Source: Acidobacteriaceae bacterium
GTDB lineage: Bacteria > Acidobacteriota > Terriglobia > Terriglobales > Acidobacteriaceae
DNA length: 37,914 nucleotides
Direction of reading: 5' to 3'
Assembly (NCBI GenBank): GCA_030039895.1
Contig: JASHUR010000332.1
Coordinates: 1 to 37,914, forward strand
Part shown: positions 1-8,351 of the stretch, piece by piece
How positions within the stretch are numbered: position 1 is the stretch's first letter
Layout of the letters: each line of letters begins with the position of its first letter
The notes under the pieces: generated by a model
Told to the model about the DNA's origin: nothing
The model's input: the letters and a program-made list of their open reading frames with translations, nothing else
The model's database searches: none
Translations under genes and position numbers: made by a program

Positions 1-159
1 GACGTGCCATCGCCCGGCCAGCAGAGGTTCCTGACTTGCGTATTGGCGATGATGCACCTGTCGAGATTGGACGCTCAGCGGGATCCTGCCCCGGATGAGG
101 TGCACCCGATAGGCGGTCCACCCCTGACATGTAAATTTATGCAAGTAAGGCACTAAATT

Positions 160-510
160 TGGTGGAGGCGGCGGGAGTTGAACCCGCGTCCGAAATCGCT
201 GTCGACAAAGAAACTCCATGCTCAGCCGAGTTCCGCTGGTTTCGCTTTGCGCGCTCAGAACCGGCAAGATGCGCGCATCGCTAGTCCGTAAATCTTATCC
301 GGATGACCCGTACCCAGCCAACCGGACCAGCCTGCTGTGCGACGTCCCTTTGCAGCCCACAGGCAAAGCCGCAGGGGACGGCTGCTTAATTAATTAAGCA
401 GCGTATGCCAGTTGATGATCGGCAATTATCATTTTGCGAGCGATTACGGGTGTCCGCACCCCGGCATGCCTCTTTGCCGCAATCGATCCCGTCGAAACCG
501 TGACGCCCCC
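160..510 (-). ncRNA. ssrA: tmRNA (transfer-messenger RNA)
   Basis: Minus strand begins GGGGGCGTCACGGTTTCGACGGG and ends GGGTTCAACTCCCGCCGCCTCCACCA (tRNA-Ala-like acceptor with G3.U, T arm, CCA). Internal tag frame at 423-394 reads GCC GAT CAT CAA CTG GCA TAC GCT GCT TAA = ADHQLAYAA*. Length 351 nt. Confidence 0.97.
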
Positions 511-566
511 ACATCTGAGGATGGATCTTTGTGGCTACCTCTATTTTACTCCTGAATCCTGTGCCT

Positions 567-1277
567 TTATCCCATCCACGGCGGCTCGCCCGCTTCGCCC
601 AGCCGCTCCATCTCCTGCTGGTCCTTGCTCGTGTCCATCGACTTCCAAAAGCCATGGTGCAAATGCGTATACAGCTGCCCTTTCGCCGCCAGCGCCGGAA
701 GCACGCCCGACTCAAGGTTTGCACCCTCCCACTCGGCCATGCCCCTCTTCTCAAATACAAAGAACCCTGCGTTGATCCATTGGTCCCGGATCACCGGCTT
801 TTCGGAAAAACTGCGCACGCGTCCGTCCGCGTCAAACTGCAGCGTTCCGTATTGCGACCGCAACGGAACCGCCGTCACCGTTGCCAGCCCACCGTGTTCC
901 TCATGAAAAGCAAGCAGCGCCTTCAGGTCCACATTGCCGAGTCCATCGCCGTACGTCGCAAAAAACCGCTCGCCCACATGCTCCGCGCACGCGCGAATGC
1001 GGTCACCGGTATCAGATTCCGCACCCGTATCCAGAATGTTGACTTCCCATTCCGGAAAGCGCCCCTCAAAGTAGTCCAGCAGCATCTCCTTGCGATGCCC
1101 GGCCGCCAGCACAAACTTCGCAAACCCCTGCCGGGCGTAAATGTGCATCAGGTGCACCAGAATCGGCCGCCCGTTCACCGGCATCATCGGCTTCGGAAAG
1201 TACTCCGAAAAGGGATAAATCCGCGACCCTTTGCCCCCGCACAAAATCACGACGCGCATCTCATCTACCGACGCCAC
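567..1277 (-). CDS. Sugar-phosphate nucleotidyltransferase, glucose-1-phosphate cytidylyltransferase (RfbF)-like
   Basis: Motifs VILCGGKGSR, PKPM, DTG..SDTGDRI, TYGDG, F.EKP, WINAGFF and GFWKSMDT. Start taken as GTG 1277 after GGGAGG; ATG 1259 and 1301 are alternatives. Confidence 0.88.
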   Translation of the reverse strand: MASVDEMRVVILCGGKGSRIYPFSEYFPKPMMPVNGRPILVHLMHIYARQGFAKFVLAAGHRKEMLLDYFEGRFPEWEVNILDTGAESDTGDRIRACAEHVGERFFATYGDGLGNVDLKALLAFHEEHGGLATVTAVPLRSQYGTLQFDADGRVRSFSEKPVIRDQWINAGFFVFEKRGMAEWEGANLESGVLPALAAKGQLYTHLHHGFWKSMDTSKDQQEMERLGEAGEPPWMG

Positions 1278-1345
1278 TCCATTGCCTCCCGCCTTGCCCA
1301 CACAGATAATAATGTCGAATACAGATTGATTCTACGAGGTTTCTC

Positions 1346-2335
1346 TTGGCAAGCTATTGGGAACACAAAACCGTCTTTGTCACCGGAGCCACTGGCCTCA
1401 TGGGCAGCTGGCTCGTCAAAGCGCTACTCAACGAAGGCGCCGAAGTCGTCGCGCTCGTCCGCGACCAGGCCCCGCGTTCCATCCTCGTCCGCGAAGGTCT
1501 GCTGAACCAAATCGTCGTCGTCAACGGTGACATTGAGTCGCTCCCCACCCTGCGCCGCGTCATCGCCGAGTATCAGCCGCATACCATCTTCCATCTCGCC
1601 GCGCAGCCGCTCGTGCAGGTCGCCAGGCTCGATCCCGTCGGGACCCTCCGCGCCAACGTCGCAGGCACTTGGAACGTCCTCGAAGCCTGCCGCCTCATCG
1701 GCAACTCCAACGTCGTTGTCGCCTCGTCCGACAAGGCCTACGGACCTAACCCGAGCCTCCCCTACCTTGAAACGCATCCTCTCCAGGGCCGCTATCCTTA
1801 CGACGTTTCTAAATCCTGCGCCGACCTCATCACGCAGATGTACGCCGCCACTTACGGCCTCAAGACTGCGATCGCCCGCTGCGGGAATCTTTTTGGCGGC
1901 GGCGACCTCAACTTCAGCCGTACCATCCCCGGAATCATCCAGGCCACTCTCGATGGCCAGCGCTTCATCATCCGCAGCGACGGCAAATTCGTCCGCGACT
2001 TCCTCTACGTCAAGGATGCCGCCCAGTGCTATCTCTCGCTCGGCGAGCGCCTCGCGACGTCCGAGTCCGATGCGCCTTCCATCTCCGGCGAGGCCTTCAA
2101 CTTTGGCCTCGGACTCCGCCTCACTGTCCTCGATATTGTGCACATGGTGCTTCGCATCATGGACCGCGCCGACCTCGAACCCATCATTCAGAACACCGCC
2201 AGCGCCGAAATCCGCGAGCAGTACCTCGACGCCTCCAAGGCCCGCGAGCTGCTCGACTGGTCGCCACGCTACGGGATGGAAGAAGCTCTCGGGGAAACCA
2301 TCGCCTGGTACCGGGCCGAGCTCGGCAATCGCTGA
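1346..2335 (+). CDS. NAD-dependent nucleotide-sugar 4,6-dehydratase/epimerase (CDP-glucose 4,6-dehydratase RfbG-like extended SDR)
   Basis: Motifs TGATGLMG, HLAAQPLV, SSDKAY, YDVSK (YxxxK), RCGNLFGGGD and RDFLYV. TTG start preceded by GAGG. Confidence 0.9.
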   Translation: MASYWEHKTVFVTGATGLMGSWLVKALLNEGAEVVALVRDQAPRSILVREGLLNQIVVVNGDIESLPTLRRVIAEYQPHTIFHLAAQPLVQVARLDPVGTLRANVAGTWNVLEACRLIGNSNVVVASSDKAYGPNPSLPYLETHPLQGRYPYDVSKSCADLITQMYAATYGLKTAIARCGNLFGGGDLNFSRTIPGIIQATLDGQRFIIRSDGKFVRDFLYVKDAAQCYLSLGERLATSESDAPSISGEAFNFGLGLRLTVLDIVHMVLRIMDRADLEPIIQNTASAEIREQYLDASKARELLDWSPRYGMEEALGETIAWYRAELGNR

Positions 2336-2624
2336 GCGCCCTTTCAGGCTGTAACCTCCTGAATTCCATATGCCGCTTGGCGAAGGCCGAAATTGTTGCT
2401 CACTATGTCCAACAACCGGCCGATAAGGATAGTACCGGCCGGCCTGATTACGAATCCGCGGTCCACTCGTCTGCATCTTATTAGGTAACTAGAAATGCAG
2501 TACTGAGACTTCGACGAAGTTGCCATAACCCACAGTACTGCGGCATGGAAAGCGCAAGGATCGTCACCCTTGAAGCAATCCGTGAAATGCTGTGTTACCC
2601 GCTGTACGAAAGACGGAGCACGGA

Positions 2625-3020
2625 ATGTTTTTCTCCTTTTTGCAAGCCCTGATCCTCGACTGCGCATTAATCGTTCTTGCCCTCACTGCGCATGAGCTGG
2701 GCCACGCGCTCGTGGCCCGCATGTTTGACGTTCCAGTAAAGGAATTCGGCCTGAGTTGGACTGGCCCATACGTTCGCCGCGCCCGCGCCACCGGATGGCG
2801 CGAGGTCGTCATCTGCCTTGCCGGAGCCACAGTCAATCTCATACTTGCTGCCGCGTTGTGGAAGATCGACCACTGGTTTGCGCTCTTCAACCTGACTGTA
2901 GGTGTCGTGAATCTGCTCCCCATCACGCACTCTGACGGCAGCCACGCCCTCGATGCGCTGAACGTCATCGAAGCACCGGTCACCACATCCGACGAGGACG
3001 AACAAAGCAAGGCTGCCTGA
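2625..3020 (+). CDS. Small M50-family (site-2) membrane zinc metalloprotease
   Basis: HELGH zinc motif in a hydrophobic helix, LAG..VN and NLLP....DG motifs. GGAG precedes ATG 2625. Confidence 0.82.
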   Translation: MFFSFLQALILDCALIVLALTAHELGHALVARMFDVPVKEFGLSWTGPYVRRARATGWREVVICLAGATVNLILAAALWKIDHWFALFNLTVGVVNLLPITHSDGSHALDALNVIEAPVTTSDEDEQSKAA

Positions 3021-3039
3021 TCCTAGCTCCTCCAACAAC

Positions 3040-3066
3040 AAAGGCCTCGCGCTTGCGAGGCCTTTT
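3040..3066 (+). terminator. Intrinsic terminator, possibly bidirectional
   Basis: AAAGGCCTCGC-GCTT-GCGAGGCCTTTT hairpin between convergent genes. Confidence 0.85.
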
Positions 3067-3100
3067 CGTTTACCGGGCTGCGCCCACGCAAATTCCCAGC

Positions 3101-5314
3101 TCACAACTTCGCCAGATTCGCCCGCGCAGCAGCGTGGTTAGGATCCAGAGCAAGGGCGTGTTCAAAGTCCCTCCGCGCTGCCTCCCGATCCCCTGCTCGT
3201 GCCTCTATCACGCCCAGATTGTTCCAGTCGTCCGCATTTTGCGGGTCAACAGCCAGAGCTGAATTCAACTCCCGGATCGCGCTGTTCAGGTCGCCCATCA
3301 TCTCATAGACCTGCGCAACCTCACGATGCGGCACCGGATCGTTGGGATGCAGCGCGCTAACAGCCTCAAACTGCTTGAGCGCGTCCGCAAGCTGGCCCGA
3401 CTGGGCATAGACGTTCCCCAGCAGTTGATGCGCATCGGCATCATTCTTCTGGCTGAGCGCATGCTCCAGCAACTCGGCTGCGCGGGGCAGATCATTGTTC
3501 TCCGCCTCAATCACGGCAAGGTTGTAGAGCGCGTCAAAGTTGTCAGGGTCAAGGGCAATGGCTGCCTCAAACTCATGCTGCGCTTCCGCAGTCTGATTCG
3601 TCGCCATCAGCACAATCCCCAGCCCGTTATGGGCAGAGGCATCGTTGGGATTGTCAGCCAGCAGGCTCTTATATTCCTGCACCGCCTCTGCGTTGTTGTC
3701 ATGACCAAAGTCGAGTTCCGCGAGATCATAGTGTGCGTCAGCATACGAGGGATCAGCCGCGAGCGCCTTCTGGAACTCCGCTTCCGCCTCCTTCCAGTCT
3801 CCCGAGGTATCGAGAGCCGCACCCAGCGCCGTCAGGGTGCGCGCGTCCTTCGGCTTCGCAACAAGAATCCGCCGATAAAGCGCTTCTGCCTCAGCAAAAC
3901 TTCCTTCGGTGCGGTCGACATACGCAAGGTTATAGAGCGCAGTTTCGTCGTCGGCATACTTTCTTAACCGGTTCTCCATCCATGCCTTTTCAAGCAGAAT
4001 TCTCGGATCTTCCTTGGAGTTGGGCAACGGAAGCGCCAAAACCTGCAGCCAGAGATGACCCATCTCATCCGTTGACTCATTCCCGGCCCTCACTCGGATG
4101 GGCGGACTGTGTGGGTTGCGAATGTTCCCGGTGGAGTTGTCGTAGACATAGCGCATGTGCAGCACCGTCCCGTGGGGAAGAAAAATGGGCTTCTTGTAGG
4201 TGTAGACCGATTGACGGTCGATGTCCCAGTCGGGAATGAGGATGAGCCATTTCTTCTCGCCGTTCGGAAGTATGGCCCACCCCTCCAACCGCTTGCCCAG
4301 GTAGTGCGCGTGTGGATACACCCCAAGCACATCTACGTCTACCGGCAGAGTCAACTGGTCTTGAATGACAAAATCCGAATCCCCGGCAGGAATATCGAGC
4401 GCGCCATCATGCTCAAGCTGTATCAGCATGGGATGCGCCACCGGAGGCTTGTCTGTAAAATACAGCCCGATGACGGCCTGCGCCGTCTCCCACTTGCCGG
4501 TCGGCTTGAAGTGCGTATTCAGCACCAGATCGTTGCCCGGATCAATCCGCCACGGCATACCTTTCGGCTCGATCAGTGCCGGAGTGTCCGGCTTCCAGAA
4601 AAGAAAATGGCTGTCTGGCTCAAACGTGTCTCCGGCGTCAAAGGTGAACTCCATACCGGGAATGCCCTTTTGCCACGTGTTCGGGTGCGCGCGCCGCATG
4701 GAATCTGTGCGATCGATAATGATGTTGCAGTGATGCACCACACGCGGAGAGCCCGGTATGATCTGCAGCGCGCGAACATACTCGGTGTGCTTGATAGGCA
4801 CCGGGAGGACGAAGTTAATAAACTGGTCAGGGCCCGATGGAGGAATCTGCGTCGGAGACGTCACCTTCAAAATGAGATCCGGGGGACCTAATACCCATTT
4901 TGACGTGTACACTGGCGGCTTCGGCGCATTCTTTGGATCACCATCCGGCATGCCGGCTTCAACCCACTCTTTGATTAGCTCCAGGTCTTTATCAGGAAGC
5001 CGCCGGTCGTCGGCAAAGTCTCCATAGCCGGGCGCAGGCAGCCATGGAGGCATAAACCGGCTTTGGGTGACGTTCTCGATCACCATCCCCCACCGGCGCG
5101 CGTCGGCATAGGTGAGCAGGCTGAAGGGACCGGCCCCGCCGGGGTGGTGGCAGGTGCTGCAGTGGTCGTAAAAGATGGGCGCAATCTGCTTGCTGAAGGT
5201 CACGTGCTCTTCCGCCGCGCGGGCGTGAGGCTGTGACACCTGCGCCGATGCAATCAGCGCAGCGGAACCAATCAAAATCGTTAAGAAAAAATGGCCTATG
5301 CTGCGCCGGGTCAT
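3101..5314 (-). CDS. Exported fusion: monoheme cytochrome c + copper type II (PHM/DBH-like) monooxygenase domains + C-terminal TPR array
   Basis: Signal peptide; CSTCH with downstream MPPW; VVHH, NTHF, PHAHYLG and STDEM motifs; about 8 TPR-like repeats. ATG overlaps the upstream stop (TAATG). Confidence 0.8.
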   Translation of the reverse strand: MTRRSIGHFFLTILIGSAALIASAQVSQPHARAAEEHVTFSKQIAPIFYDHCSTCHHPGGAGPFSLLTYADARRWGMVIENVTQSRFMPPWLPAPGYGDFADDRRLPDKDLELIKEWVEAGMPDGDPKNAPKPPVYTSKWVLGPPDLILKVTSPTQIPPSGPDQFINFVLPVPIKHTEYVRALQIIPGSPRVVHHCNIIIDRTDSMRRAHPNTWQKGIPGMEFTFDAGDTFEPDSHFLFWKPDTPALIEPKGMPWRIDPGNDLVLNTHFKPTGKWETAQAVIGLYFTDKPPVAHPMLIQLEHDGALDIPAGDSDFVIQDQLTLPVDVDVLGVYPHAHYLGKRLEGWAILPNGEKKWLILIPDWDIDRQSVYTYKKPIFLPHGTVLHMRYVYDNSTGNIRNPHSPPIRVRAGNESTDEMGHLWLQVLALPLPNSKEDPRILLEKAWMENRLRKYADDETALYNLAYVDRTEGSFAEAEALYRRILVAKPKDARTLTALGAALDTSGDWKEAEAEFQKALAADPSYADAHYDLAELDFGHDNNAEAVQEYKSLLADNPNDASAHNGLGIVLMATNQTAEAQHEFEAAIALDPDNFDALYNLAVIEAENNDLPRAAELLEHALSQKNDADAHQLLGNVYAQSGQLADALKQFEAVSALHPNDPVPHREVAQVYEMMGDLNSAIRELNSALAVDPQNADDWNNLGVIEARAGDREAARRDFEHALALDPNHAAARANLAKL

Positions 5315-5910
5315 TACTGGCCTATAATCCAGCATCCTACCGGAGGTCCGTCCGGACGTTGTACCGGGCGATTCTGGAGCACATCATCAATGGCCCGCTC
5401 AAGGTCGAACTGCGTGGCCATCGGCCGCTGCTCCCCAAGCTGGATATAGCGATTGTCAATTCTGCCGCGATAAACCACACGAAAAGGTATCGCGCCAGAT
5501 TGCTCCGGAACCAGAATTACGGCCTCCGGAGTAATCACCGCATGCGTAAACTTGACCAGCGTGTGGTTCCGGTCGAGCAGGATGTGCGTCTCCGCACCAT
5601 ACGCCACCTCATGCTGACGCACGCCCGCGCTGGTCTCTCCCGGATTCGGATAGACATACCACATCACCACATGCTGCGGGCTGTATTTGCTCTCCAGGTT
5701 CTGCATTTCAGGAATATAGCGATTGCAGATGGGACAGTCCGTTGCCGCAAAGAACAGCACAACGACTCGCGTCCCCGGAAAAGTCAAACTGGTGATTGGT
5801 TGCCCGTTAAGGTTGTAGCCCAGGGGCTTGTTCAGAGCATTTGCCCGGTACCCGCATGCTGTCGCAAACAGAATGAATAGAGCACATAGCAACAATCCAG
5901 CGCGCTTCAT
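5314..5910 (-). CDS. Exported thioredoxin-fold (redoxin/AhpC-TSA-like) protein
   Basis: Hydrophobic N-terminus; VVLFFAATDCPICNRY (CxxC), TPEA, YRGRIDN and C-terminal GC. Start taken as ATG 5910. Confidence 0.82.
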   Translation of the reverse strand: MKRAGLLLCALFILFATACGYRANALNKPLGYNLNGQPITSLTFPGTRVVVLFFAATDCPICNRYIPEMQNLESKYSPQHVVMWYVYPNPGETSAGVRQHEVAYGAETHILLDRNHTLVKFTHAVITPEAVILVPEQSGAIPFRVVYRGRIDNRYIQLGEQRPMATQFDLERAIDDVLQNRPVQRPDGPPVGCWIIGQ

Positions 5911-6028
5911 AACGCAACAAGTAAACACCCCTTCGCACAAAATAGACAAGAAGTTTCTGCAATAGCGCGGCAACCTGTTGAATCTGCGATTTTTGCTTCG
6001 CTCGCTGCGTATTCGGCCTTTTTTTGTT

Positions 6029-7843
6029 CTAACGCAGTGCGCAGCTTTGCCCCTCATAAATTCCTTTGGTAGCAAACTCCACCAGCGCCGGGTTGTCGGG
6101 ATTCAACACCGAGAGTCGACGCAGCACCTCCAGCGCCTCGCTCTTTCTGTTCAGCCGGCATTCGATAAAGGCCAGATTGAGCCCCGCGGCCGTCTGGCTC
6201 GGATCATCCTGGATGGCTCTTTTCAGCAGGCTCACCGCCGCATCCGCCCGGCCTGCGGCAGCGTCCAGCACAGCCAGATTCGCCATCGCCGTCACATCGT
6301 CACGATCCTCCGCCAGCGCAGCCGCATATTCCTCCCCCGCGCTCTTGTAGTCGCCCGACATCTGGTCCAGAAAACCAAGCTGTGTATGTACCTGCTCATC
6401 ATTCTTGCCTACATGCTCGGCTTGCTTCAAAAGGCCGAGGGCTTTCTCGCCTGCCGCGCGGTCACCGTGATCGGCCAGTTGCGCATAGGCCAGCCCCAGC
6501 GCACGGTCTCCGGTTTGCTCTCCGAACACCGGTACCAGCACATCCGTGTTCGGCATGTCTGTCAGCTTGGGCGAAGGCCCGTTCACCATCGGCCGCGCCT
6601 GAATATCATGATCCGTCAGCTCGTTGTGCGATATGTCTGTCGTCTTAAGCGTCGGCATATGACACGCTGTGCAGTCCGGCTGTTTCGGAAAGTGCTCCGT
6701 CGCCATCTTCACCCCCGTATGGCACATCAGGCACTTGCTGCGGTAGTAGCTCACCCGCTCCGCAGCCGACGGCGTGTAATGCGGATCATGGCAGGTGATG
6801 CACGTCAGCCGGTCGCCGCTCGCCTTCTTGCATGCGCTGTGCATCAGCGCTTCGTACTGGCTCACAGCGCGCTGCCCGCCGGACTGCGCGCTCGCCTCCA
6901 CAAAATAGGTCACGTACTGTGAAAGATCGTCGCCCGGGCGAAACTGCGACAGCGAAGCGCCAGCTCGAAAAACCGCGGCATTTCCCTCAATGTGGCACTG
7001 CAGGCACACGCTGTCTCTTTGCCTTGGAGCAAGCTTCGCGGGATTCACCATCGGCACCGCGCCAAAGGTGGCCACATGCTGCGCCGGGTCTCCATGGCAC
7101 GACGTACACCCCACTCCCGCCTGCCGGAAAGGCAGTCCCTCAAACCGGTTTTCCGAACCCGGCAGCGGAGTCTGCACCGCGCTCGCATGGCAGTGCAAAC
7201 AGCTTGCATCAATCTGCAGAGGCGACGACATCCACTTTTCCCCCTCATTTCCAGGCGCCATCTGCCATCTGTGCGCAAGGGTGTAATAGTTGATCCGCGT
7301 CTCAAACCATTGCCCGTCGACCTGATACAAATACGCGCGCCCCAGGTCCCCCGACCCCAGATACAGCAGCAGCTGATGCTCCCCGTGCAGCGCGAGCCGG
7401 CCATCCGATGCTGCACGATCATAGGTCAGCCAGGCGTTGCCGTCCCGCATAAAGACCTTGTACTGAACACCGGACACGGGATCAGAAAATCCCCCTTCCG
7501 GCAGCCCAGTAGCCGCCAGCCCGCTGCCACGCGCCATCGGAGTCTTCTCATAGCTGTTGTAGATCTTTTCGTGACACTGCGCACAAACCGCGTCGGGATT
7601 TGGCGGCAGAGTAACGTTGTATGTCTTCGGGCGTGTCTCAGAGGTCGCACGCGCCGTTTTCCGCGAGCCTGCCGCACCCAAAGTCAACAGCGCCCCAACC
7701 AACACTGGCACTGCAAACACAATGGGCATTAGCCCTCGTGTCACTCCACAAATGGCGGTGACACAACTCCAGATTCGAGCGCAGCGCGATCGCCATCGTC
7801 CTTTTACGCGCGGAGCACAACCACCGTGCGCGTTCCGTGACAT
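6029..7843 (-). CDS. Multiheme c-type cytochrome with C-terminal TPRs
   Basis: Seven CxxCH motifs (CAQCH, CLHCH, CTSCH, CLQCH, CITCH, CLMCH, CTACH), an N-terminal hydrophobic segment and a TPR-like C-terminus. Alternative start at 7729. Confidence 0.85.
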   Translation of the reverse strand: MSRNAHGGCAPRVKGRWRSRCARIWSCVTAICGVTRGLMPIVFAVPVLVGALLTLGAAGSRKTARATSETRPKTYNVTLPPNPDAVCAQCHEKIYNSYEKTPMARGSGLAATGLPEGGFSDPVSGVQYKVFMRDGNAWLTYDRAASDGRLALHGEHQLLLYLGSGDLGRAYLYQVDGQWFETRINYYTLAHRWQMAPGNEGEKWMSSPLQIDASCLHCHASAVQTPLPGSENRFEGLPFRQAGVGCTSCHGDPAQHVATFGAVPMVNPAKLAPRQRDSVCLQCHIEGNAAVFRAGASLSQFRPGDDLSQYVTYFVEASAQSGGQRAVSQYEALMHSACKKASGDRLTCITCHDPHYTPSAAERVSYYRSKCLMCHTGVKMATEHFPKQPDCTACHMPTLKTTDISHNELTDHDIQARPMVNGPSPKLTDMPNTDVLVPVFGEQTGDRALGLAYAQLADHGDRAAGEKALGLLKQAEHVGKNDEQVHTQLGFLDQMSGDYKSAGEEYAAALAEDRDDVTAMANLAVLDAAAGRADAAVSLLKRAIQDDPSQTAAGLNLAFIECRLNRKSEALEVLRRLSVLNPDNPALVEFATKGIYEGQSCALR

Positions 7844-7939
7844 CCAGCCTCAGAAAGGGTCCGGCACTCCCCTCATCTTTCTGAGCATTCGACGGCCGCA
7901 GTCCTGTGAAAGACGCAACTCTGCTACATTTATCCCCGC

Positions 7940-8329
7940 CTACGCCGACTCCAGGATCACGTTCGCGTATTGCGTTGTGTCCCCCGTCCGAATCAGCCCG
8001 ATCGCATGCGGCACGCGCAGCTTGAGCGCGGTGTGAGGCTCATGCTCCAACCCTGCCCCTGCCATCGCCCTCGCGAACTGTTCTACAACCTGCGTGGTGT
8101 TGTACGTCAGGAACTCCTCTGCCATATAGAACCGGCCTACCGAGAAGTTCTTCCGCACCGCCTCCAATACGTCCAGCACCCGCGGAATATCATCCACCAG
8201 CGACAAATCGACGGTCTCAATCTGCGGCCAGAAAGGAAAGCCCCGGTCGGCAATCACCAGCGTGTTCGTATGCCGCACCCTGCTCAGCAGCGAGTTCACC
8301 TGCGGATTCAAAATTCCCGACTTCAGCAT
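7940..8329 (-). CDS. RbsD/FucU family sugar pyranase/mutarotase
   Basis: MLKSGILN, HTNTLVIADRGFP, VDLSL and IRTGDTTQYANVIL motifs. RBS GGAGGGAG. Confidence 0.9.
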   Translation of the reverse strand: MLKSGILNPQVNSLLSRVRHTNTLVIADRGFPFWPQIETVDLSLVDDIPRVLDVLEAVRKNFSVGRFYMAEEFLTYNTTQVVEQFARAMAGAGLEHEPHTALKLRVPHAIGLIRTGDTTQYANVILESA

Positions 8330-8351
8330 CGCCCGCTCCCTCCATTCACTT

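Noticed and set aside
381-402. Perfect 22-bp palindrome GCTGCTTAATTAATTAAGCAGC
   Set aside because: Explained by the tmRNA helix covering the tag stop codon; not an independent operator.
386-775. ORFs 386..760 (-) and 434..775 (+)
   Set aside because: They overlap the tmRNA and the nucleotidyltransferase and have no protein motifs.
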